Shown here: in pieces, positions 8,289-18,563 of the stretch | Numbering within the stretch: the first letter of the stretch is position 1 | Layout of the letters: each line of letters begins with the position of its first letter | Assembly: GCA_001563875.1 (NCBI GenBank) | Contig: LKMN01000003.1 | Span: 1-58,675, forward strand | DNA: 58,675 nt | Direction: 5' to 3' | DNA from: Nanohaloarchaea archaeon B1-Br10_U2g1 | GTDB taxonomy: Archaea > Nanohalarchaeota > Nanosalinia > Nanosalinales > Nanosalinaceae | Program-made: the position numbers and the translations under genes | The notes under the pieces: model-generated | The model's input: the letters and a program-made list of their open reading frames with translations, nothing else | Told to the model about the DNA's origin: nothing | The model's database searches: none

Positions 8289-8939
8289 ATGACACATCAG
8301 AAAAGACTCTCAGCACCAAAACACTACCCAATAAAAAGAAAACAGAACACATACGTGTCGACAATCAAAGGATCAAGAAGTAGTGAAAACGCTATACCTG
8401 TTGTACTGTTCCTAAGAGACGTATTAGAATACGCAGACACAGAAAAGGAAGCAAAAGAAATAGTAAGAAAAGGACAGATCTTAAGGAACGGAGAACCTGT
8501 AGGAGATATTAAAGAAGGAGTAGGAATCCTCGACATCATTGAGATAAAAGAGACAGAGGAAATCTACAGAGGAATTAGAAGAGGAAAATACATAGAGTTT
8601 CTCCCTGTAGAAGACAAACGAGCATTCACAAAAATAGTAGGAAAAACCGTTCAAGACGAAGACTACGTATACAGACTTCACAACGGAGAAAACTACAGAA
8701 CTGGAGACGAATACAGCACCGGTAACACACTACTGTTCGAAGACGGAACAGTAAAAGAGCTAGAACTAGAAGAAGGATCAGAAGTACTAGTGATAAAAGG
8801 TAAACACGCCGGAAAAACCGGGGAACTTGAAGAAATCGAGAGAAGAGGGAACAACAAATCCGGAAAAGTCACTAACGGCGAAATGTTTGAAACCAAGATA
8901 GAGAACCTTGTAGCTATAGAAGAGATGGAGGTTGAATAA
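8289..8939 (+). CDS. rps4e: Ribosomal protein eS4
   Basis: HQKRLSAP, FLRDVLEYA, KGKHAGKTG. Confidence 0.94.
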   Translation: MTHQKRLSAPKHYPIKRKQNTYVSTIKGSRSSENAIPVVLFLRDVLEYADTEKEAKEIVRKGQILRNGEPVGDIKEGVGILDIIEIKETEEIYRGIRRGKYIEFLPVEDKRAFTKIVGKTVQDEDYVYRLHNGENYRTGDEYSTGNTLLFEDGTVKELELEEGSEVLVIKGKHAGKTGELEEIERRGNNKSGKVTNGEMFETKIENLVAIEEMEVE

Positions 8940-8941
8940 AA

Positions 8942-9454
8942 ATGTCAGAAAACGTAATGAAACAGATCTACGTCAGCAAAGTTACAGTAAACGTTGGTAT
9001 AGGACAAGTCGGAGAAGACGTAGAGAAAGCAGTAGATCTCCTAGAAAAACTAACAGGTAAACAACCTATCAGAGCCGAATCGAAAGAATCAGCAAAAACA
9101 TTCGGGCTCAGAAGTGGACTTAACATAGGAGCTACAGTAACACTAAGAGGAGAAGAAGCAAGAGATTTCGTTGAAAAGGTTGTACCTGCGGTACAAGAAA
9201 TCAATGCAGGATCATTCGACGGAAATGGAAACTTCTCTTTCGGAATATCAGAATATATCGATGTACCAGGAATCGACTACGATGCAGACATCGGTATGAT
9301 GGGATTCGAAGTAACAGTAAACCTAGAGAGACCAGGTTACCGTGTTAAAAGAAGAGACTACAAACCAACAGAGATAGGTAAAGAACATATTGTTTCAGAT
9401 GACGAAGCACAAGGGTTCGTTGAAGAAGAACTCGGAATAGAGGTGGTAGAGTGA
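8942..9454 (+). CDS. rpl5: Ribosomal protein uL5
   Basis: [36 protein letters not shown]. Confidence 0.96.
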   Translation: MSENVMKQIYVSKVTVNVGIGQVGEDVEKAVDLLEKLTGKQPIRAESKESAKTFGLRSGLNIGATVTLRGEEARDFVEKVVPAVQEINAGSFDGNGNFSFGISEYIDVPGIDYDADIGMMGFEVTVNLERPGYRVKRRDYKPTEIGKEHIVSDDEAQGFVEEELGIEVVE

Positions 9455-9675
9455 GCTACGAAAAAGTACTTGAACAGATTAAACACAAGAAAGGAAAGAG
9501 AGAAAGATTTGAGAAACATAACGCGCCTAAAGACCGCGACTACGGAAAATCCAAGAAAGAATGCAGAAGATGCGGAAGAACAGGAAGAGGAGTAATCAGC
9601 GAATACAACCTCAACTACTGTAGACAGTGCTTCCGTGAAATCGCAGAAGACCTCGGTTTCGAACAACTAAAATAG
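9451..9675 (+). CDS. rps14: Ribosomal protein uS14 (Zn ribbon)
   Basis: CRRCG..CRQCFRE.A..LGF; GTG start overlapping L5 stop. Confidence 0.93.
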   Translation: MSYEKVLEQIKHKKGKRERFEKHNAPKDRDYGKSKKECRRCGRTGRGVISEYNLNYCRQCFREIAEDLGFEQLK

Positions 9676-9686
9676 GTGAATAAAAG

Positions 9687-10076
9687 ATGCAGCATGATAC
9701 ACTAAGCGACGCATTATCCTCGATAAACAACGCAGCTAGGAATGATAAAGAATACGCAGAAGTCAGTCCTACATCCAATATAGTACAGAATGTCCTCCTG
9801 AAACTCCAGGAGGAAGGATACGTAGGAGTATTCGAACTAGTAGAAGATGGAAAAGGAGGCAAATTCAAAGTAGAGGTACAGAACACTGTAAACCAGTGTC
9901 AGCCCGTGAAACCGAACTTCTACGTAAAAAGCGACGAATACACAGAGTGGGCTAAAAGATACCTACCAGCAAGAAACTTCGGAAAACTCATCGTAACAAC
10001 TCCACGTGGAGTCCTAACACATGACGAAGCAGTGGAAGAAAACGTAGGAGGAAAACTCCTAGGATACGTCTACTAG
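9687..10076 (+). CDS. rps8: Ribosomal protein uS8
   Basis: DTLSDALSSINNA, DGKGG, YLPARNFG, GGKLLGYVY. Confidence 0.96.
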   Translation: MQHDTLSDALSSINNAARNDKEYAEVSPTSNIVQNVLLKLQEEGYVGVFELVEDGKGGKFKVEVQNTVNQCQPVKPNFYVKSDEYTEWAKRYLPARNFGKLIVTTPRGVLTHDEAVEENVGGKLLGYVY

Positions 10077-10089
10077 CGAGGGCAAAAGA

Positions 10090-10617
10090 ATGAAACTTAT
10101 TACCGAACTACCAGAAGACGCAGAAGCAAGCTACAAAGAAGGGATTTTAACAGTAGAAAGATCAGGGAACTCTCTAGAAAGAAAACTAGATCACGCCCAA
10201 GTAGATGTGAAAGTAGAAGATGGAGAAGTAGCTTTCGAAGCACTAGAAGATCGTAAAAACATTACTAGTATAGCAAAAACCTTTCAGAGCCACTTAGAAA
10301 ACATGATTGAAGGTCTAGAAAACGAATACGTCTACAAGATGAAAGGTGTTTACGCACACTTCCCTATGACAATAAAGACAGAAAGCAACCAGATAGTAAT
10401 CGAAAACTTCATGGGAGAAAGATATCCAAGAAAAGTAGATATAGAAGAAGGCGTAGACGTACAAGTAAACGGAGAAGACGTAGAAATCAGCGGACCAGAC
10501 AAAGAAGCAGTAGGACTTACAGCAGGAAGACTAGAACAGTTATGCAAAAAAGGAAACAGAGATCCAAGAACCTTCCAAGACGGCGTATACATAACAAGTA
10601 AAGGTGATGAGGAATGA
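10090..10617 (+). CDS. rpl6: Ribosomal protein uL6
   Basis: YAHFPM, ENFMGER, DPRTFQDGVYI. Confidence 0.96.
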   Translation: MKLITELPEDAEASYKEGILTVERSGNSLERKLDHAQVDVKVEDGEVAFEALEDRKNITSIAKTFQSHLENMIEGLENEYVYKMKGVYAHFPMTIKTESNQIVIENFMGERYPRKVDIEEGVDVQVNGEDVEISGPDKEAVGLTAGRLEQLCKKGNRDPRTFQDGVYITSKGDEE

Positions 10618-10961
10618 GCAAGAAAAAGAAGAAATTCAAGAGAGAAGGATCACACAAGAAGAAACAGACACCAAGCTCCTGGAGAAAACCTAGAGGAAGA
10701 CACAGCAACGCAAGACTACAGAAAAAACACGCAGCGCCACTACCAAAGTCCGGATACAGAACATCCAAAGAAATAAGAGGAAAGCATCCTTCCGGATACG
10801 AAGAAGTAATGGTACACAACACATCAGACCTAGAAAAAATTGATCCAGAAACCGAGGCAGCAAGGATAGCATCCTCAGTAGGAGCAAAGAAAAAAGAACA
10901 GATAGTTGAAAAAGCTGACGAAGAAGATATCAAAGTACTGAACCCGGGTGAAGAACAATGA
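10614..10961 (+). CDS. rpl32e: Ribosomal protein eL32
   Basis: WRKPRG.HS, GYR, RGKHPSGYEEV.VHN. Confidence 0.95.
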   Translation: MSKKKKKFKREGSHKKKQTPSSWRKPRGRHSNARLQKKHAAPLPKSGYRTSKEIRGKHPSGYEEVMVHNTSDLEKIDPETEAARIASSVGAKKKEQIVEKADEEDIKVLNPGEEQ

Positions 10962-11398
10962 ACCTAAAGAGTCAGAAACGAATGGCAGCAGAAATACTAG
11001 ATGTAGGAGAAACCCGTGTATGGCTAGATCCTGAACAGAAAGACCGTATAGACGAAGCAATAACACGGCAAGATATCAGAAACCTGATAGAAGGAGGAGC
11101 AATAGAGAAGAAACCCAAAAAAGGCACCTCAAAAGGAAGAAGCAGAAAGAAGAAGAAACAGAAAAAGAAAGGAAGAAGAAAAGGCCACGGGAAGAGAAAA
11201 GGAAAGAAGACAGCAAGGAAAGGATCCAAAGAGAATTGGCAAGAACAGATCAGAGCTATCAGAAAACGGTTGAAGGAAATGAAAGAAAACGAAGATATCA
11301 GCAACGAAAAATACTGGAAGCTGTACGATATGGCTAACGGAGGCTTCTTCAGAGACGTTAAACACCTAGAAAACCACGCAGAAAACAAGATGGAGTGA
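10958..11398 (+). CDS. rpl19e: Ribosomal protein eL19
   Basis: QKRMAA, RVWLDP, AITRQDIR, GHGKRKG. Confidence 0.96.
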   Translation: MNLKSQKRMAAEILDVGETRVWLDPEQKDRIDEAITRQDIRNLIEGGAIEKKPKKGTSKGRSRKKKKQKKKGRRKGHGKRKGKKTARKGSKENWQEQIRAIRKRLKEMKENEDISNEKYWKLYDMANGGFFRDVKHLENHAENKME

Positions 11399-11403
11399 TA
11401 AAA

Positions 11404-11913
11404 ATGGCAGATAACTCAAACTACGCACTACCTTTCCAGAGAAGAAGAGAACAGAAAACAAACTACAAACAGAGATTAAAACTACTGAAATCAGGTAAAC
11501 CACGTCTAGTAGTAAGAACATCAAACAACCATACACAGGTACATATATCCAAGTATGCAGACGATGGAGACCAAAACACATCACAGACAGTCAGCAAAGA
11601 ACTTGAAGAGTACGGATGGGAGAACCATACCGGAAACCTGCCAGCAGCATATCTAACAGGATTCCTAGCAGCAAAGAAAGCTGAAGTAGGTGAAGCAATA
11701 CTAGATACAGGACTAAAAGAGAAGAACAAAGGAGGAAGAATGTTTGCAGCTGTACAAGGAGCAATAGACGCCGGACTAGAAGTACCGGTAGGAGAAAAGA
11801 TGGTTCCCTCTGAAGGAAGACTTAGAGGCGAACATATAGAAGAAATAACTGGAGAAAACGTGACAGAAAACTTCGAAAACGTAAAAGAAGAGATAGAAGG
11901 TGAGTTCAAATGA
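11404..11913 (+). CDS. rpl18: Ribosomal protein uL18
   Basis: RRREQKTNY..RL.LL, NLPAAYLTG, GAIDAGL. Confidence 0.96.
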   Translation: MADNSNYALPFQRRREQKTNYKQRLKLLKSGKPRLVVRTSNNHTQVHISKYADDGDQNTSQTVSKELEEYGWENHTGNLPAAYLTGFLAAKKAEVGEAILDTGLKEKNKGGRMFAAVQGAIDAGLEVPVGEKMVPSEGRLRGEHIEEITGENVTENFENVKEEIEGEFK

Positions 11914-12572
11914 ATCAGGAAGAGACAGAAATATGGAAACCCAAGACCAAACTCGGTAAAAAAGTCGCTAACGGACAGATAACAGATATTAAAGAAGCGT
12001 TAAACTCCGGATACAAGATAATGGAGGAAGAGTTAGTGGATCAACTAACCAATCTAGAAGAAGAAGTAATCCTAATCGGTGGAACTCCAGGAAAAGGAGG
12101 AGGAATAAGAAGAACAGTCTCCAAAAGAACAGTAAGAATGCACAAATCCGGAGGAAGACACTCCTCAAACGCCATGGTAGTACTAGGAGACAGAAGAAAC
12201 GTTATAGGAATCGGCGAAGGAGAGTCAAGCGACACACGAGCAGCAATAGAAGACGCCACAAGGAACGCAAAACTCAACCTTATAGAGGTACAGAGAGGAC
12301 AAGGATCTTGGGAAGACCAAGGAGAAGACAACTCAAGCATCCCATTCAAAGTATCAGGGAAAAGCGGATCAGTAGAAGTAGAACTAATGCCTGCACCGAG
12401 AGGGACAGGACTAGCCTGCAGCGATGAAGTCAAGAAACTATTCGAACTGGCAGGGATAGAAAACATCTACATGAAAAGCCGTGGACAGACACAAACACGA
12501 GAAAACCTAATCAAAGCAACATTCAATGCTTTGAAAAAACTAAACGAATACGAAGTACCAGAGACTGAGTAG
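11910..12572 (+). CDS. rps5: Ribosomal protein uS5
   Basis: WKPKTKLGK, GSWE, PAPRGTGL, ATFNAL. Confidence 0.96.
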   Translation: MNQEETEIWKPKTKLGKKVANGQITDIKEALNSGYKIMEEELVDQLTNLEEEVILIGGTPGKGGGIRRTVSKRTVRMHKSGGRHSSNAMVVLGDRRNVIGIGEGESSDTRAAIEDATRNAKLNLIEVQRGQGSWEDQGEDNSSIPFKVSGKSGSVEVELMPAPRGTGLACSDEVKKLFELAGIENIYMKSRGQTQTRENLIKATFNALKKLNEYEVPETE

Positions 12573-12573
12573 A

Positions 12574-12921
12574 ATGATAGCAGCAGTAAGAGTCAGAGGC
12601 GATGTAGACGTATCGCACAAAGTATCAAGAACACTACAAGATCTAAACCTAGAGAAAAAGAATAGTTGTGTAGTATTTGAAGATACTGAATCAGTAAGAG
12701 GAATGCTAAAAGTTGGAAAAGACTACATAGCCTATGGAGAAATTTCCGAAGATACAGTAGAGAAGTTATCAGAAAGAAACGGAGAAGAAGTAAAATCAGG
12801 TGACGTTATCAACCTTTCACCGCCTTCAGGAGGATACAGAGACACAAAAAGACAGGTACAGCAGGGCGGAGCACTCGGAAAAAGAGAAAACATGGACGAA
12901 CTAGTCCAAAAAATGGTTTAA
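12574..12921 (+). CDS. rpl30: Ribosomal protein uL30 (short archaeal form)
   Basis: AAVRVRG, GMLKV..YIAYGE, LSPPSGGY, GGALG.R. Confidence 0.92.
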   Translation: MIAAVRVRGDVDVSHKVSRTLQDLNLEKKNSCVVFEDTESVRGMLKVGKDYIAYGEISEDTVEKLSERNGEEVKSGDVINLSPPSGGYRDTKRQVQQGGALGKRENMDELVQKMV

Positions 12922-12932
12922 GGTGATAAACA

Positions 12933-13361
12933 ATGGTTAAGAGACGTAAGAAGAAAAAGAAAAGCGGAAGTCACGGATACGGATCCTCTAAAAAGAACAG
13001 AGGCGCAGGAAGCCGTGGTGGAAGAGGTAAAGCTGGAAGAGGAAAAAAGGCAAAACACGAAAAGATGACCAAAGAAGGAATCCACAAACTTGGAGAGAAA
13101 GGATTCACATCAAGAAAGGATAGTCAAGAAGGCATCAACCTTAGAGACATCGATCAGAGAATCGAAGAATTCGTGGAAGAAGGCTTTGCAGAAGAAAAAA
13201 ATGATAGCTATGTATTCTATGCCAACAAAGCTGGGTACGACAAGGTACTTGGAAAAGGAAAACTTTACAAGGACATAGAGATTCATGCAGAGAACTTCTC
13301 AGATTCAGCTAAAGAAAAGATTGAAGAAACCGACTCAGAAATAGTTGAAATAGAAGAGTAA
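12933..13361 (+). CDS. rpl15: Ribosomal protein uL15
   Basis: SHGYG..KKNRGAGSRGGRGKAG, KVLGKG, FS.SAKEKIE. Confidence 0.95.
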   Translation: MVKRRKKKKKSGSHGYGSSKKNRGAGSRGGRGKAGRGKKAKHEKMTKEGIHKLGEKGFTSRKDSQEGINLRDIDQRIEEFVEEGFAEEKNDSYVFYANKAGYDKVLGKGKLYKDIEIHAENFSDSAKEKIEETDSEIVEIEE

Positions 13362-13420
13362 CATGAGGACTATTAAACAATCCTCTCAAAGAACATTGTA
13401 CGAAGGTGTTTTGAACTAGA

Positions 13421-14809
13421 ATGTCTAAACTTCTCCAAGTAGCAGAACTTCTACCAACAGTGAAGGAACCAAAGAAAGAGCAGTCACTAAAACAGATGCT
13501 TACTTGGACAGGGATTGTATTACTACTTTACTTCTTTTTAGTATCTATAGATGTCTACGGTGGAGACGCAGCCGCTGTAGAACAAGCACTTCAGCAGCTG
13601 GGAGAAGTACAGACTGTTATGGGTGCTGAAATAGGATCAATTGTAACACTTGGTATTGCACCTATCGTTACATCCTCCATTGTACTACAGATGATGGTAG
13701 GTTCAGAGATACTTCCTTGGGACACCAACACCCAGGAAGGAAAACGGAAGTTCCAGAGCACACAGAAACTGCTTGCCTATACTTTAGCACTTGTACAGGC
13801 GTCAGGTTTCGTTCTAGCAGGAACATTCGGAGACGTAACAGGAGATCCTGTACTGACAGGTCTACTAATTGGACAGATAACGTTGGGCGGATGGATAATA
13901 ATAATACTAGACGACTTAGTGCAGAAATGGGGATTCGGATCAGGAGTAGGACTGTTCATTGCCGCAGGAGTATCACAAGCAGTATATATGAGCATGTTGT
14001 CCCCATTAACCCAGACAGGACAGCTTTACTGGCTTGTAGACGGTAACCCTGAAGGAATGCTTATATCCTTCTTTACAACCTTAGAGTTCACACAGCTGCT
14101 ACCTCTTGTATCTACACTATTAGTTTTCGTAGTGGTTGTCTACCTACAGGCCATGAAGGTTGAGATACCTCTAACATTTGGAAACGTTAGAGGCTTTGGG
14201 CAAAAATGGCCGTTGAAATTCCTATACACCTCTGTTATGCCTGTCATCCTTATTGTAGCAGCACTGGCTAACGTAAACATAATGGCTACATTCTTGGCAG
14301 GTGACGATGGCTGTAGCATCCTAGGATGTTTCGATGCAAACAGTCAGCCTGAAAGCGGGCTTATATACTACTTAACACCGCCTGTAGACTTCTTCCAGCT
14401 ACTGTTTGTATCCGGACCTATGGCGGTTGCAGACCAGATACCTCACGTAATCTTCTATACAGGTGTATACGTTATCGGGTCTATAGTCTTCTCCATATTC
14501 TGGATGAAAACCACAGGCCAAGATTCAGACGCTGTGGCCGATCAAATCCAAAGAACCGGTATGAAGGTGCCAGGATTCAGAAAAGATAAGAGAGTAATAA
14601 AGAAGGTGTTAGACCGTTACATTCCTGGTCTAACAGTTCTGTCGGGAGCAGTTGTAGGATTCATCGCGGCAATGGCAGATATGACCCAGGCGGCAGGAGG
14701 AGGTATAGGTATCCTACTTACAGTTATGATACTTTACCGGCTGTATGAGCAGCTAGCTCAGAAACATATGGAAGAAATTCATCCAGCTATGAAAGAGTTC
14801 TTCCAGTGA
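13421..14809 (+). CDS. secY: Preprotein translocase SecY
   Basis: LGIAPIVTSSI, GSGVGLFIAAGV, PLKFLYTS.MP, PGFR, L.RYIP; ~10 TM segments. Confidence 0.97.
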   Translation: MSKLLQVAELLPTVKEPKKEQSLKQMLTWTGIVLLLYFFLVSIDVYGGDAAAVEQALQQLGEVQTVMGAEIGSIVTLGIAPIVTSSIVLQMMVGSEILPWDTNTQEGKRKFQSTQKLLAYTLALVQASGFVLAGTFGDVTGDPVLTGLLIGQITLGGWIIIILDDLVQKWGFGSGVGLFIAAGVSQAVYMSMLSPLTQTGQLYWLVDGNPEGMLISFFTTLEFTQLLPLVSTLLVFVVVVYLQAMKVEIPLTFGNVRGFGQKWPLKFLYTSVMPVILIVAALANVNIMATFLAGDDGCSILGCFDANSQPESGLIYYLTPPVDFFQLLFVSGPMAVADQIPHVIFYTGVYVIGSIVFSIFWMKTTGQDSDAVADQIQRTGMKVPGFRKDKRVIKKVLDRYIPGLTVLSGAVVGFIAAMADMTQAAGGGIGILLTVMILYRLYEQLAQKHMEEIHPAMKEFFQ

Positions 14810-14864
14810 CAGCCCTGAAGTCATAACATCTGGTTTAAAAGACTTCAAACTCTACCTTTAATTT

Positions 14865-15596
14865 ATGGTAGTTGATATTCAGACAGTTTTGACAGGGCTT
14901 TACGGCTTTTACGATGTACTTTTCCAACCTGTCTTAGCCTTAGGGCCTTATTACGCACTGGCATGCTTTTCAGCCGGTCTAGCCGCACTCTTCTCACTTA
15001 TTTACTGGTATCTTTTGGATATAGACAAGGCTGACAAGCTAAAGAAGAAAATAAAGGATAAACAGAGCGAAATGAAGAAGGCGCGTAAAAACGAAGAGTC
15101 CGATAAGGCGTCAGAGTTTATGCAAGAGACCATGCAGCTTAACCAGAAGCTGATGATGCTTAACTTCAAGCCTATGATAGCAACCATGGTATTTGTATCC
15201 CTTATCTTTCCTTGGTTAAGTATAACTTTCTCACCAGACATACCTATGGAGGAAGATAACGGTATCTACACAGGAAGCCTAGAGTACGCAGGTAACTCCA
15301 TACCTATAACAGTTGAAAACAACTCCGAAATGGTTCTAAGTACGGACAATCAGTCCGCAGAATTGGGTGAAGAGATAGAGGCTCATGGAATAACCTGGGA
15401 GTTCCATAGGTTTACAGAAGACAACGGAGGATTCTTCTCAGTATATGATGAGAACGTGGTAAACATGAGAGCCGGATTCGTTGATCTACCTTTCAGTCTA
15501 CCTTTCGCAGGAAGTACATTGAACTGGCTTGGTTTCTACATAATTATGGCCATGCCTTTAACGATTATCTTCCGTAAACTACTTGGAGTGAACTGA
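14865..15596 (+). CDS. DUF106/EMC3-TMCO1 (Oxa1-superfamily) membrane protein
   Basis: TM-coiled coil-FKPM-TM..WLGFYI..RKLLG pattern; position downstream of secY. Confidence 0.85.
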   Translation: MVVDIQTVLTGLYGFYDVLFQPVLALGPYYALACFSAGLAALFSLIYWYLLDIDKADKLKKKIKDKQSEMKKARKNEESDKASEFMQETMQLNQKLMMLNFKPMIATMVFVSLIFPWLSITFSPDIPMEEDNGIYTGSLEYAGNSIPITVENNSEMVLSTDNQSAELGEEIEAHGITWEFHRFTEDNGGFFSVYDENVVNMRAGFVDLPFSLPFAGSTLNWLGFYIIMAMPLTIIFRKLLGVN

Positions 15597-15599
15597 AAG

Positions 15600-16553
15600 A
15601 TGGAATGGTATACCCGGGAAGAGGCAGAAACTTCAGAGAAGTTCGGCTGCATACCCGAGAAAAGATCTGTAGAGGAACTGTTTGAGAAAGGCATAATAAT
15701 AGTAGACAAACCGTTCGGACCTACCAGTAACCAGGTCTCCACATGGCTAAAAAAAGAGCTGAACCTGAAGAAGACCGGACATTTCGGAACACTAGATCCG
15801 AACGCGACAGGAGTTCTACCTGTAGGAGTAAACAGCGGTACACGACTAAACCCTGCACTAGCTAAAACAGATAAAGAGTATATTTTTGAAGCGGAATTAA
15901 GAGAAAAAAGAACTGAAGAAAAGATAAGGCAGACTCTTAAAGGGTTTGAAGGAGTCAACAAACAGGTTCCTCCAGAGAAAAGTGCTGTCAAAAGACAGGA
16001 AAGAGAAAGGGACGTATACGAGACAGAGTTAATAGAGACCTATGAACAAAAAGTTTTAGGCCGAGTTAAATGCGAATCAGGTTTTTACGTAAGAGTGTTA
16101 ATCAGCCAGTTAGCTGAGAAACTGAGTACAGAGGCGGATATGACCGAGTTAAGAAGAACACAGCAAGGACAGATAACGGAGAACGACGCCAACACCCTAC
16201 AAGATATAGTAGATGCATACCATTTCTACAAAGAAGGAGACGAGAAACCCATAAGAAAGGTTTTACACCCTGTAGAGAAGGCAGTAAACCATCTGAAGAA
16301 GATTGCGGTAAAAGACTCTGCCGTAAACGCTGTATCGAACGGAGCTAACCTAGGTACATCGGGAATATCAAAGTTCCAAGACAAGATAAAGAGAGGAGAA
16401 ACCATCGCCATCACAACATTAAAGGGAGAGCTTGTGGCTCTGGCAGAGGCAGAGATGACCTCTGAAGAGCTTTATGACGAAGATGGTACCGCAGCCAAAC
16501 TCAAATCCGTACATATGAGTCCTGAAACCTATCCAAAGAGATGGAAACAGTGA
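15600..16553 (+). CDS. cbf5: Pseudouridine synthase Cbf5 (TruB family with PUA domain)
   Basis: DKPFGPTSNQV, GHFGTLDP.ATGVL, CESGFYVR, ELRRT, C-terminal PUA, YPKRW. Confidence 0.93.
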   Translation: MEWYTREEAETSEKFGCIPEKRSVEELFEKGIIIVDKPFGPTSNQVSTWLKKELNLKKTGHFGTLDPNATGVLPVGVNSGTRLNPALAKTDKEYIFEAELREKRTEEKIRQTLKGFEGVNKQVPPEKSAVKRQERERDVYETELIETYEQKVLGRVKCESGFYVRVLISQLAEKLSTEADMTELRRTQQGQITENDANTLQDIVDAYHFYKEGDEKPIRKVLHPVEKAVNHLKKIAVKDSAVNAVSNGANLGTSGISKFQDKIKRGETIAITTLKGELVALAEAEMTSEELYDEDGTAAKLKSVHMSPETYPKRWKQ

Positions 16554-16612
16554 TTGAAACTTCTTCCTCCTACAAGTTCTTAAGTCCTAGAAAAAATCTT
16601 TAGACAGGACCT

Positions 16613-17209
16613 ATGAAAGATAAGACAAGTATCAACCTTCTACTGAAGAGTTTGAACCTGAAAGATGAGAAAAGAACAGGCTGGGAGCTACGTGGTATAG
16701 AGGATCCTGAAAAAGTTGCAGCACACTCCTGGGGTGTAAGCCTTCTCACGCTAATCTACGGTAGCGAAGAAGATCTGAAAAAAGATAAAGCAGTCAAGAT
16801 GTCTATTATACACGATTTAGCTGAAGCAGAGGTTGGAGATATACCAAAAAGAGCTATAGATGTCCAAAAAGAAATATCTGCCAGTGAAAAGGAAGAACTG
16901 GAAGAGAAAGCTATGGAAAAGTTTTCCAAAGGCCTAGGAGAAGAACTTAACGACCTCTGGAACGAGTACGAGAACCGAGAGACATTAGAAGCGAAATTTG
17001 TGAAAGACATGGATCTGATAGATATGTGTCTAACGGCATTAAAGTACGAGAAGGAGAAGAGATACGATCCTTCAGAAGACAACCCTAACTTTGTGACCTA
17101 CAAAAATCTGGACGAATTCTTCATAACATCACAAAACAGGCTCAACACCGAAACAGGGAAGAAACTTTTCACAGAAATAAAAACAAGGTATGAAGAGACC
17201 AGACAGTAA
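16613..17209 (+). CDS. HD-domain hydrolase (YfbR/HDDC2-like nucleotidase)
   Basis: LK...RTGW, E.VAAHSW, IIHDLAEA..GDI, EAKFVKD.D. Confidence 0.85.
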   Translation: MKDKTSINLLLKSLNLKDEKRTGWELRGIEDPEKVAAHSWGVSLLTLIYGSEEDLKKDKAVKMSIIHDLAEAEVGDIPKRAIDVQKEISASEKEELEEKAMEKFSKGLGEELNDLWNEYENRETLEAKFVKDMDLIDMCLTALKYEKEKRYDPSEDNPNFVTYKNLDEFFITSQNRLNTETGKKLFTEIKTRYEETRQ

Positions 17210-17250
17210 TAGGTTATAAGATAGTTACGCGGAAAAATATTATCTACAGA

Positions 17251-17336
17251 GCCGGGATGACTGAGTGGCTAAAGGTGCCGGTCTTGAAAACCGGTGAGTC
17301 TCACGACTCTCCTGGGTTCAAATCCCAGTCCCGGCG
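17251..17336 (+). tRNA. tRNA-Ser(TGA)
   Basis: Acceptor GCCGGGA/TCCCGGC, anticodon arm CCGGT-CTTGAAA-ACCGG, long variable arm, TTCAAAT loop; no encoded CCA. Confidence 0.96.
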
Positions 17337-17630
17337 TTCAACGTTTCGTTTTAATATAAAGACATACAAACCCTTTCTTAACAATTTTAGATAGTTTTTA
17401 CTTCCCAAATAAGCGTTTAACTTCATAAGCGTGGTTCTGCTCAAGCCGTCTTTACATGAAACATTTCACCGCGGATCCTGATACAAAATACCTCAACAAC
17501 ATCCTTGCACGTAAGAAGAGTAGTTTACAGCCAAGATTCTGATATCAAATCTGTTAAAATATACCCATACCTTTAAAATCCCTGTTTAAGGCTCGATACA
17601 CTTAAAAACAACTGTTTTAATTAGTTTTGT

Positions 17631-17846
17631 ATGAGAAAATCATCATTAGTTCTTGTAGGACTTCTTGCAATGGCTGTAGTTGCATCCGGATGCTTAGACG
17701 GAGACGCAGAGACACCTGAGGAAGATCCGATCGAAGAACCGGAACAAGACCCAATAGAGGAGCCTGGAGACGATGACCTCGATGACGGTCTTGAAGACGA
17801 TCTAGACCAAGATCCTCTAGAACCTGACGACGGAGAACTACCTTAG
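17631..17846 (+). CDS. Small acidic lipoprotein
   Basis: Basic-hydrophobic N-terminus with VASGC lipobox, then D/E/P-rich repeats (DPIEEP x2). Confidence 0.75.
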   Translation: MRKSSLVLVGLLAMAVVASGCLDGDAETPEEDPIEEPEQDPIEEPGDDDLDDGLEDDLDQDPLEPDDGELP

Positions 17847-17925
17847 TCTAGGTCCTAGAAACCAAACTTATTTCTTTATTTATTCTATATTAAAAAGCTT
17901 CTCTGACAAGTACTTACCAATAGAA

Positions 17926-18276
17926 ATGGTTTCGAAAGAAAACTATCTCAAAGCAGTCTATCGGCTTACAGAGAAAGGAGACTCCTCAACAACCACATCA
18001 GAAGTCGCATCGACACTAAAGGTATCTGATGCAAGCGCCTCAGAAGCCATCCAAAAGCTTGAAGACGAGAAACTTGTATGTCGAGCACCATATAAAGGCT
18101 TTACTCTTAGCCCGCCAGGAAAAAAAGAGGCAGAAACCATTACAAAAAAGTTTAAAGCAGTTAAAAACTTTCTATCTGAAAATCTGGAAGTTGAGAAAGC
18201 GGAAGAACAAGCAGAAGCCATTAAGCATCACATAACCGAAGAAACTGCTGAAGAACTTGAAAAATTAAACACATAG
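17926..18276 (+). CDS. DtxR/MntR-family metal-dependent regulator
   Basis: SKENYLKAVY, HTH, PYKG..L...G, A..I.HHI. Confidence 0.85.
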   Translation: MVSKENYLKAVYRLTEKGDSSTTTSEVASTLKVSDASASEAIQKLEDEKLVCRAPYKGFTLSPPGKKEAETITKKFKAVKNFLSENLEVEKAEEQAEAIKHHITEETAEELEKLNT

Positions 18277-18356
18277 TAACTTCTATAGTTCCAGACGGTT
18301 TAGAGCAACCTCAAGATAACACTTCTTAAAAGTTTATCAACCGATACTTTACTGTA

Positions 18357-18429
18357 AGCCCCCTGGTGTAGCGGCCAATCATAGCGGCCTTTGGAGCCGC
18401 TGACCCTGGTTCGAATCCGGGGGGGGCTA
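18357..18429 (+). tRNA. tRNA-Gln(TTG)
   Basis: AGCCCCC/GGGGGCT acceptor, GCGGC-CTTTGGA-GCCGC anticodon arm, TTCGAAT. Confidence 0.96.
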
Positions 18430-18563
18430 ATATCCTAATCTTATTTCTAGTTTGATCGTAGATAATCTTGTCTTTTTCTAACATCTATTCATTAAAGCCT
18501 CAAAGACCAGAGATAACTGGTTTCTACCGTATTGTTATTAGTAGAGATTAAAAAATCAAGTAT

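Noticed and set aside
1228-13995. Many antisense ORFs over ribosomal genes (e.g. 7349-7972)
   Set aside because: Ser/Phe/Leu-rich shadows caused by the A-rich codon bias of the real genes.
17337-17630. Long intergenic region after tRNA-Ser as integration site or hidden gene
   Set aside because: No integrase, no tRNA 3' duplication, no convincing ORF or fold seen.
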